Origin: an uncultured Spirochaetales bacterium
Lineage (GTDB): Bacteria; UBP6; UBA1177; JAKLFG01
Reading direction: 5' to 3'
Length of the DNA stretch: 64,000 bases
NCBI GenBank assembly: GCA_964415795.1
Contig: CAYQBN010000004.1
Location: 35,144 to 99,143, forward strand
Part shown: piece after piece, positions 1-7,124 of the stretch
Position numbering within the stretch: position 1 is the first letter of the stretch
How the letters are laid out: each line of letters begins with the position of its first letter
Made by a program: the position numbers and the translations under genes
Notes under the pieces: generated by a model
Seen by the model: only the letters and a program-made list of their open reading frames with translations
Told to the model about the DNA's origin: nothing
Databases searched by the model: none

Positions 1-1
1 T

Positions 2-1078
2 TATCTTGCCTTCCAGATCGAGGAACTCGCTGCGTTCAACCCGCAGGAGGAAGAGGACGCCGACCTCGAACAGCGCATCCGCATCGCCGAGAACCGCAAG
101 AAACTGGAAGGGCTCGCCTCCCGCGCCGACGAGGCGCTTGCACAAGCCGACACAGCGCTCACTGCCGCCGACCGCGCATTCAGCGAGATGGCGCGGATCA
201 CCGATCTGAAAGACCTTTCCAGCCGTACTGCCGCGATCCTCATCGAGTGCCGCGACATCTCACGGACGCTTACCGATCTTGCCCAACGCCTCACAGCGGC
301 CGACGACGAGGAGGAACTGCGCACCCGCTATGACACCCTCAATCGCCTCCTCCTCAAACACGGTACCCGCGACGCCGCAGAACTCATCGCCGTATGGCGG
401 TCGCTCGAAAAAGAGGCTTCTGACCTTGCCGAGACTCCTGCCCGCATCGCTGCGCTCGAGGAAAAGGAACGCGCACTTCTTACGGTAGCACATGAAACGG
501 CAACCGCCATCCACGAGGCCCGAATGAAAGCGGCGCCAAAACTTGAAAAGAAACTTACTAGCCATCTCAAGACGCTCGGTATGCCGGAGGTCGTGTTCCG
601 TGTCGCGGTAACACCGCAGGAGGAACTCTCATCACAGGGCCTCGACACGGTGCGATTTCTGGTCAACACCATCGGTACCGGAGACCTCCGGGATATAAAG
701 ACCCTTTCCGGCGGCGAACTGTCGCGGCTTCTCCTCGCCCTGAAACTTGTTGACCAAGAGGAAGGAAAATTCATTCTTTTCGATGAGATAGACGCTAACA
801 TCGGCGGCGAAACGGCGGCACATGCGGCCGAGCAGTTGCGCGAGAGCGCTATACGCAACCAGATCCTCGTCGTCACCCACTTCCCACAGACGGCGGCCTG
901 TGCCGGCACCCACATCGTCGTCGAAAAGGTTTCCGAACGGGGAAGTCAGCCGGTCGAGACCCGGTTGCGTGAGGTTTCCGGTGACGAACGGGTTCGTGAA
1001 CTCGCCCGCATGATGGGCGACGCCGAGTCAAAAGAGAATCTGAAAGCGGCTCATAAACTGTTGGAGAAACGATCATGA
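2..1078 (+). CDS. recN: DNA repair protein RecN, C-terminal ~359 codons (5' end lies outside window)
   Basis: Frame 2 is open from nt 2. The ORF-track tail 188..1078 carries the SMC/RecN signature and Walker-B region (LSGGELSRLLLALKLV...ILFDEIDANIGG...VVTHFPQ). The stop overlaps the next start (ATGA at 1075-1078). Confidence 0.8.
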   Translation, partial: YLAFQIEELAAFNPQEEEDADLEQRIRIAENRKKLEGLASRADEALAQADTALTAADRAFSEMARITDLKDLSSRTAAILIECRDISRTLTDLAQRLTAADDEEELRTRYDTLNRLLLKHGTRDAAELIAVWRSLEKEASDLAETPARIAALEEKERALLTVAHETATAIHEARMKAAPKLEKKLTSHLKTLGMPEVVFRVAVTPQEELSSQGLDTVRFLVNTIGTGDLRDIKTLSGGELSRLLLALKLVDQEEGKFILFDEIDANIGGETAAHAAEQLRESAIRNQILVVTHFPQTAACAGTHIVVEKVSERGSQPVETRLREVSGDERVRELARMMGDAESKENLKAAHKLLEKRS

Positions 1079-1800
1079 ACACCCACCGAATCGCGGTGTG
1101 CATCCCGACCTACAACGAGCGGGAGAACATCCTCGCCATCGCGCAGGCGGTCCGCGAGGCGCTCCCGACGGCCGACATTCTCGTCGTGGACGACAACTCG
1201 CCTGACGGAACCGCCGACATCGTCCGCGAGTTCCAGAAGGAACACCCGTGGCTCAAACTTCATGTGCGGCAGGAGAAGAAGGGGCTTGGAGCGGCCTACA
1301 TAGATGGCTTTCAGCGGCTCATCGCGGCCGGCTACGACATCATCATCCAGATGGATGCCGATTTCTCGCATCAGCCGAAGTATCTCCCCCACTTCATCGA
1401 AGAGATCGACAAGGGTGCCGATGTCGTTATCGGCTCGCGCTACGTGAAGGGCGGTGGCACCGAGAACTGGAACCTTCTCCGGCGCATCATCTCGCGCGGC
1501 GGCAGTCTCTACTCACGCATCATCCTCTGCCTCAACCAGCACGATGTGACGGCTGGCTACAAGTGTTGGCGTGCCGAAACGCTCAAGAAGGTCATTGTCG
1601 GAGATCTCAAACTATCGGGGTTCGGCTTTCAGATAGAAATGTCGTTCCGCACCAAACTGGTGGGAGCGAAGATAAAAGAGTACCCGATCGTCTTCCCCGA
1701 CCGCGAAAAGGGGGTCTCAAAGATGAGTGGCAAGATATTCAAGGAAGCGCTCTTCGGGGTGTGGAAACTGCGTTTCATGGGCAGACGCGTGTTCGACTGA
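1075..1800 (+). CDS. GT2-family polyprenol-phosphate mannosyl/glucosyl-transferase (Dpm1-like)
   Basis: CIPTYNERENI...VVDDNSPDGT...QMDADFSHQP motifs are typical of DPM1/GtrB-like GT2 enzymes. GGAGAA RBS; ATGA coupling with recN. Confidence 0.75.
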   Translation: MNTHRIAVCIPTYNERENILAIAQAVREALPTADILVVDDNSPDGTADIVREFQKEHPWLKLHVRQEKKGLGAAYIDGFQRLIAAGYDIIIQMDADFSHQPKYLPHFIEEIDKGADVVIGSRYVKGGGTENWNLLRRIISRGGSLYSRIILCLNQHDVTAGYKCWRAETLKKVIVGDLKLSGFGFQIEMSFRTKLVGAKIKEYPIVFPDREKGVSKMSGKIFKEALFGVWKLRFMGRRVFD

Positions 1801-1803
1801 GGT

Positions 1804-2991
1804 TCAGTCGGTCGGGCGGATAAGCACCCGATCGTTCTTCTGAAAAACAAAGTAGCGTTCCTTATCCCACGCAACGACTTCGAGAGCGTGGTAATCGGCT
1901 CCTTCGGTCTCGCGGTCCTCCCAAAGACGCGCGAACGACGCATCGAATTTCATGATGACCAGTTCGGTTTCATGGGTCGTTATCTCACCGTACCCGCACC
2001 CGCTCCCGTGAACGGCGCGGTCGTTGGCGCCAATGAGGTAGAGGTCTCCCTCCACAAAACGCACATCGCGCTGATAGGAGATCCCCTCACTCGTATCGAG
2101 CGTCGCGAGCGTTTCGAGCGTGACGGCGCCAGCGACGGAAGCAAGGCGGTAGAGATTATCGTCTTCGCCGAACCAATAGAGGCCATCCTCGCGGAGCACC
2201 GCCGCGATGCCACGTGCACCCGTTTCCGGGTCAGGGTCGATCGTATCGCCGTCGTCGAGCGACACGGCATTCGTCACCGCTCCCTCGCCGTTGATGACAA
2301 GATAGCGATAGCCGCCCTCGCCGGTGCTCCGTACGAGGTGCACTGTGCCGCCGATCCCCGAAAGAAAAACCACGCGGCCTTCTTTCTCGGCAGGATATGG
2401 CCACCGCGCTCCTTCATCCTCGGATTCGGCATCGTGCCGTTCGATAAAAAGGGCTCCGGTATCATCGAGGCCGGCAAGGTAGAGGTCACCGGCGGCGGTG
2501 ACGAACGCGGCATGGATCTCGCGGCCGGCTATTGACGGGAAGGAAACGGCCCCCAGTTCGTCGAGCGCCGCCGAAAGCGTCACCACGGTGACATGGAAAA
2601 AGGGACGGGACTCGGTTGTGGCCAATAATGCCGCCGTGTCTCCCGTGCGCGCTGGGACATCAAACCACCGTTCATCTACGGCGACGAGGTAGTAACCGCC
2701 CGCCCCGCGTCTATACGCCGATACGCGGAGATCCACCGCAGGAAAGTCTTTTTCAAAAAGAGCAATGCGTCGAAATGAGTCGTCATAAAGCGCCGCTATC
2801 GCACGGCGGCAGTAGGTCATCGCCTCGGGACAAGAGAAATCCTCTCCCTCGATATCACGCCGTGCGCGGTCGGCGCCGGCAACGAGGAGCAGGTCCGAGG
2901 AAACGATGGCGTTCTGTCCTTCCATCGTGCCGAGGCTTGTTTCATGCTTTTCGCAGGAGATCGCTATAAAAAAAATCGCCAGAAAGGCCAT
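1804..2991 (-). CDS. hypothetical lipoprotein (lipobox IAIS-C, ISCEK), beta-rich, unknown function
   Basis: ORF 1804..3060, start placed at the internal Met (MAFLAIFFIAISCEK...) which gives a lipoprotein signal peptide. Lies directly downstream of and co-oriented with the 3006..4832 lipoprotein gene. Confidence 0.5.
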   Translation of the reverse strand: MAFLAIFFIAISCEKHETSLGTMEGQNAIVSSDLLLVAGADRARRDIEGEDFSCPEAMTYCRRAIAALYDDSFRRIALFEKDFPAVDLRVSAYRRGAGGYYLVAVDERWFDVPARTGDTAALLATTESRPFFHVTVVTLSAALDELGAVSFPSIAGREIHAAFVTAAGDLYLAGLDDTGALFIERHDAESEDEGARWPYPAEKEGRVVFLSGIGGTVHLVRSTGEGGYRYLVINGEGAVTNAVSLDDGDTIDPDPETGARGIAAVLREDGLYWFGEDDNLYRLASVAGAVTLETLATLDTSEGISYQRDVRFVEGDLYLIGANDRAVHGSGCGYGEITTHETELVIMKFDASFARLWEDRETEGADYHALEVVAWDKERYFVFQKNDRVLIRPTD

Positions 2992-3005
2992 CCGTTCAAT
3001 GAGAT

Positions 3006-4832
3006 TCACATTCCTCCTCCGTAAAGCGAGGCGTGACGCGCGCCCCGGTAGATGCGCCACCCGTTGAGGTCGGGCGCCGGATCGACAACTTCGAGATCGA
3101 ACACCTTCCGTTCCGGCGTCTCGCCGCGGGTCACCTCGATGACACGCGCCGACACCTTACAGTGCCAGAGATCATCGGTCGGTACGCCGTACTCATCGGT
3201 CGTGATGCCGCCGAACACGATGAGCACATTGCCGGTCACCGGCAGAAGATCGGCATCGCTGAGATACGGAGCATAGATCTTCTCGCCACCGCCGTTCCAC
3301 TCCCACACCTGAGACACCGTTCTCGCGTGCTCGTCAACCGCGAAGATAACGGCCCGGCTCCAGTTCTCCTCAGCAGGGAACATCGGATCGTAGGGGAATG
3401 CCCGATAGGCGCCGTTGTCGAACATGAGGATCGTGCCATCGAATAGTCGTTTCGGGGCATGCTGATAGTAATTCCACTGGAAGGGAAGACCAACCGGCGT
3501 CAGCAAAAGGGCGCTCCACGGTTCCTTCCAGTAGTCATGCGGCCCGAGAAGCCAACGCAATATGCCGTCATCGTACCCTATCTTCACGATAACCGACTGG
3601 TTTCGGAGCGATACCACGATCGTGTCGTCGCTTTCGTCGTAATAGACCGCGTTTGCGTGCGTCCACTGTTTGAACATCCGTATCGAAGTATAACCGATCC
3701 GATAGGGATCGAGAAGGTCAAAGAAATTCCACCGCTTCACCACTTCACCGGCCGGCGTGAACTCGACCACCTCGTCTCCCGTGACCACCGTCGTCTCGAG
3801 CGGCGCCGACGGATCGGTTTCACTCGTCGGCCAGTTCTCTATCATGCGCCGGTCGGTATCGAGCGACAGCCAATTCCCCCACGGGAGCAGGGTCACGGCG
3901 TGATGGAACACATCGACCGCGACGGGAATGCTCCCCTCTTCCAAGGGAAAATGATTCTTGGGGTGCCACGCCTGTTGCGTCTCACCGAGCAGATCGGTGA
4001 CAATGAGGCGGTAGAGGAACTGGATCATGAGACGACCATCGGGAAGCAGCGAGAAATCATAACAATCACCGCTGTCCCGAAAATACCAGCCGACGCGCCC
4101 TTCCGTATCCACGGCGACAAGAAGACATCCATAATTTTTGTCGGTCTGGGCACTTCCGGGAGACCGCGAGATGTTGAGAAGCGTCCACCCGGGTTCCATC
4201 GCGGCCGGATCGGTGCTTCGTATGGTAAGAGGGGGAAAATCGTCCGGCAGCGTCGGTGCTTCGAGCGTCACCGGCTCCCCCACCGGTTCGTATGCCCCTC
4301 CGATTTTTTTCTTCTCGACGGAAATAGTGTTCGCAACGCCGGGGAAAAGGCCGAGCACCGGAAAGCGGTGGAACGTGGCCGGCGGCGAAGGTATCTCGGC
4401 TGAGCGCGTTCCCTCGGATGAAACGATGGTCACCCGGAGCGTCACCGGTTCGGCGGTCTTCAGCGTCCCCACCGCAGCCAGCGGAACACGGGGATTGTCG
4501 TTGAGCACGATGGAGAGCTCATCCTTCTCTTCGATGCTCTCCTCATCGCCGTCGGTCACGAGTGCATCCGCCTCCGATGCCTCATCTTCGGTCGGAGAAG
4601 TTTCATCGTTTGCCGTTTCGCCTTCCGAAGAAACATCGGGAAACAACAGGGCATCATCGGTCTCTTTCCCCTCGATCTCTTCGATCGCGAACTCATCTTT
4701 GTCGTAAGGGACTTCCCCTTCATCGCGCAAAAGCACCGTGTCGCCATCTTCGGGTGGCTGTGAAGGGGTGCCCTTTTCACAGGAGATAACGAGAAACACC
4801 CCAAAGAATAGCGATGCGCCCAAGAAACGCAT
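3006..4832 (-). CDS. lipoprotein, possibly arylsulfotransferase (ASST)-like beta-propeller family
   Basis: Start placed at the internal Met (MRFLGASLFFGVFLVISCEK), preceded by AGGAGA-N6-ATG. The body has WxF/FDNG-type blade motifs (ILMFDNGAYRAF, VIVKIGYDDGILRW) recalled from the ASST/PF05935-like family; that call is inference. Confidence 0.5.
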   Translation of the reverse strand: MRFLGASLFFGVFLVISCEKGTPSQPPEDGDTVLLRDEGEVPYDKDEFAIEEIEGKETDDALLFPDVSSEGETANDETSPTEDEASEADALVTDGDEESIEEKDELSIVLNDNPRVPLAAVGTLKTAEPVTLRVTIVSSEGTRSAEIPSPPATFHRFPVLGLFPGVANTISVEKKKIGGAYEPVGEPVTLEAPTLPDDFPPLTIRSTDPAAMEPGWTLLNISRSPGSAQTDKNYGCLLVAVDTEGRVGWYFRDSGDCYDFSLLPDGRLMIQFLYRLIVTDLLGETQQAWHPKNHFPLEEGSIPVAVDVFHHAVTLLPWGNWLSLDTDRRMIENWPTSETDPSAPLETTVVTGDEVVEFTPAGEVVKRWNFFDLLDPYRIGYTSIRMFKQWTHANAVYYDESDDTIVVSLRNQSVIVKIGYDDGILRWLLGPHDYWKEPWSALLLTPVGLPFQWNYYQHAPKRLFDGTILMFDNGAYRAFPYDPMFPAEENWSRAVIFAVDEHARTVSQVWEWNGGGEKIYAPYLSDADLLPVTGNVLIVFGGITTDEYGVPTDDLWHCKVSARVIEVTRGETPERKVFDLEVVDPAPDLNGWRIYRGARHASLYGGGM

Positions 4833-4856
4833 AGAGAATCTCCTCTTACCTGATGA

Positions 4857-4885
4857 ACGATACGACCGCCACACCTCATTGTCAA
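4857..4885 (-). promoter_or_regulatory. sigma70-like promoter for the 3006..4832 lipoprotein gene (TTGACA-17-TATCGT on minus strand); the -35 lies inside the ATTGTCAATA motif
   Basis: Reverse complement of 4857-4885. Perfect -35 hexamer; 4/6 match at the -10. Confidence 0.4.
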
Positions 4886-4956
4886 TAGATGAACACTTTT
4901 CTTGCCCGCGAAAAGAGCCGCATTATACTTGCCGCGATCAGTGGCGGAGGAGTTCG

Positions 4957-5679
4957 ATGATCAGGCTTACAGCGCTGCTCTTTATCGGGATGTTCTGCCT
5001 GCCGCTCGCGGCAGAAGATGGATCGGACGGCCTGCCCGACACGACGACGGTCGTGGCAAAACTGCGGGCGAAGTATGCCCCGATCTATCGGCAATATGCC
5101 GGTTTCGAGACGACGCGCGACTTCACCACGAAGACCTATGACCCCGAAACAAAAAAACTCCTCTTCGCCGAGCACACTGTCGTCCGCAAGAAGGAATACT
5201 TCTACAAGGCGCCGGAGAGCACGGTCATCCGGTATGAGAAGGATGGCAAGCCGCAAGACCCCGATGACTACGACACCACCGAGATAGACCCCTTCTGGCC
5301 GCTCTTCGACGACCGGAGCACCGAGCACTACGAGTTCCGCGTCTCAGGAGAATACGCCCCGGGCTCAAAGGATCTGCTCCAGAAGCCTGCCCTCGTGCTC
5401 GATGTGATCCCGAAGAAGGAAGACTACCGTCACTTCAAAGGGCAAGCCTTCATCGATCCGAAGACGTACGATCTCCTCATGATCAAGGGAAGACCGGCAA
5501 AGCCGCACTGGGCGATGAAGGAGTTCGAGGTGCAATACCTCTACGAGCAGGTCGCCGGCGGCTACTGTCTCAAGAAGGCATGGGTGACCGCCCGCGTCTC
5601 ACTGTTTCTCATTAGACCCGATCGCATTCATGTGTACGAAGTGACCGGCTCCGACACGAAGCCGATACCGAAGAAATAA
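4957..5679 (+). CDS. hypothetical exported protein (signal peptide; LolA/RseB-fold-like size class)
   Basis: ORF-track 4738..5679 trimmed to the internal Met MIRLTALLFIGMFCLPLAAEDG, which has a GGAGGAG RBS 5 nt upstream. Typical cleavable signal peptide; no recognisable catalytic motif. Confidence 0.5.
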   Translation: MIRLTALLFIGMFCLPLAAEDGSDGLPDTTTVVAKLRAKYAPIYRQYAGFETTRDFTTKTYDPETKKLLFAEHTVVRKKEYFYKAPESTVIRYEKDGKPQDPDDYDTTEIDPFWPLFDDRSTEHYEFRVSGEYAPGSKDLLQKPALVLDVIPKKEDYRHFKGQAFIDPKTYDLLMIKGRPAKPHWAMKEFEVQYLYEQVAGGYCLKKAWVTARVSLFLIRPDRIHVYEVTGSDTKPIPKK

Positions 5680-5685
5680 CGCCTC

Positions 5686-6681
5686 CTATTCCATCGAGAA
5701 GAGCGGCCAGAGGTAGTAGAAGCCGGCGGGGAGGGAATCGCGTCCCGCGAGCGAGACGTTGATGAGGTGCGGCACCGCGCCGTCGCGGCTCACGCTGTTG
5801 TTGTAGTAGGAATCGTTCGCATACCGTTCCCGGCGATAGACGACAAGGCGCGCGTCGTCACCAGCACCCGCTATCTTTCGCGCAAGTGCCACCGCCTCGT
5901 CGAGGTAACCTATCTCGTCAATGAGACCGAGTTCCTTGGCCCGCCGCGGCAGGAAGACCGCCGCGGTCTTTACTTCCTTCATCGCCTCCTCGGAGAGTTT
6001 CCGGTGAAGCGCCACCTTCGCATAGAAATCGGCGGCGAGTTCGTCCACGATCTGCTGAAAAAACGCCTTCTCTTCGGGCGTCGTCGGGTTGAACGGCGAG
6101 CCGATGTCCTTCGCGTCGCCCGATTTGTCCACCTCGACCGCAACGCCGATCTTCTCCATGAGTCCGTGGAGTTTCGGCCGCATGAAGATGACGCCGACCG
6201 ACCCGGTCACCGTGGATGGGTGCGCCACGATCTTGTCCGCCGGAAGCGAGATGAAGTAGCCGCCCGAAGTCGCCATGTTCATCATGACGACGACCACCTT
6301 CCTGCCGGAACGCTCTTTGAACCGTTTTATCTCGTGGTAGAGCAAGTCGCTCGCCGTCACGGTGCCGCCGGGCGAATCAACGACGAGGAGCACCCCCTTC
6401 ACCGCCGGGTCCGACTCGGCGAGCGCGAGTTGCGCGACCGTCTCCTGCACGACGCTCGGCATCGAACGAAGAATCCCTTTATCCGGCTGATCGGTTATGA
6501 CCCCCTCGACACGGATGAGGGCTATCTTATCGCGCCCCGATCCCTCGAGCGTATATTCTCCCAGCGGATCGGTCCCGTCCTTGAAGAACTTTACCTGCGT
6601 CTGAAAGCAACCGGCCATAAGCAGAGATACCGCGGCGGCGAACAAACAACACCGCCCCGGTTTACGAAAGAAGTTTTTCAT
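5686..6681 (-). CDS. sppA: signal peptide peptidase SppA (36K type), lipoprotein
   Basis: ClpP/crotonase-fold SppA motifs (LLVVDSPGGTVTAS...MNMATSGGYFISL...GSVGVI). Lipobox LMAGC. AAGGAGG RBS. ATGA overlap with the upstream cNMP-binding gene. Confidence 0.8.
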   Translation of the reverse strand: MKNFFRKPGRCCLFAAAVSLLMAGCFQTQVKFFKDGTDPLGEYTLEGSGRDKIALIRVEGVITDQPDKGILRSMPSVVQETVAQLALAESDPAVKGVLLVVDSPGGTVTASDLLYHEIKRFKERSGRKVVVVMMNMATSGGYFISLPADKIVAHPSTVTGSVGVIFMRPKLHGLMEKIGVAVEVDKSGDAKDIGSPFNPTTPEEKAFFQQIVDELAADFYAKVALHRKLSEEAMKEVKTAAVFLPRRAKELGLIDEIGYLDEAVALARKIAGAGDDARLVVYRRERYANDSYYNNSVSRDGAVPHLINVSLAGRDSLPAGFYYLWPLFSME

Positions 6682-7124
6682 GAGGCCTCCTTGCCTTCAT
6701 ATTCCACGAGCCGCCGCGTGAGATTACGAATGCGGCGGTTGAGCACCTTGATGATGCCGATGGCGACCTCGTCGCGCTGTTTCATGATCTCATAGAAGTC
6801 GTCCCGTTCTATCTTGAGCAAAGTCACATCGGTGATCGCCACCACATCGGCCGAACGCGGCTGTGAATCAAGTATCGCCATCTCGCCGAAGTAGCCATTC
6901 TCGCGGATGGTGTCTATCTTGCGGTTCCCCGAAACCACTTCGACTTCGCCTTTCACGATGATGAAGAGTTCACGCCCCAGCTCCCCCTCATGAACGATAT
7001 AGGTACCACGATCGTAAGTCACCTCCTCGATGACGAAAGCGATATCGGCCAGCACATCGCCCGGAATGTCGCTGAACAGCTCGACATTCTTGAGCGCGAG
7101 AACCTTCTCAACCGTCGTAAGCAT
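6678..7124 (-). CDS. stand-alone cyclic-nucleotide-binding (CAP-effector) domain protein
   Basis: cNMP-binding beta-roll motifs (IVHEGELGRELFIIVKGEVEV...GYFGEMAIL...RSADVVA). GGAGG RBS. Overlaps the upstream transporter gene by 17 nt and sppA by 4 nt. Confidence 0.75.
   Translation of the reverse strand: MLTTVEKVLALKNVELFSDIPGDVLADIAFVIEEVTYDRGTYIVHEGELGRELFIIVKGEVEVVSGNRKIDTIRENGYFGEMAILDSQPRSADVVAITDVTLLKIERDDFYEIMKQRDEVAIGIIKVLNRRIRNLTRRLVEYEGKEAS

Noticed and set aside
3459-4403. Long ORFs on the strand opposite to well-supported genes. Examples: 3459..4403+, 5767..6795+, 8389..9360+, 16182..17741-, 20409..21452-, 23990..25483-, 27436..28332+, 28420..29514+, 36880..38910+, 57883..59769+, 60160..61272+, 61540..63159+.
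   Set aside because: High-GC genomes lack stop codons on the antisense strand. These ORFs have Arg/Ala/Gly-rich low-complexity translations, no RBS and no recognisable domains, and each is fully covered by a confidently identified gene on the other strand.
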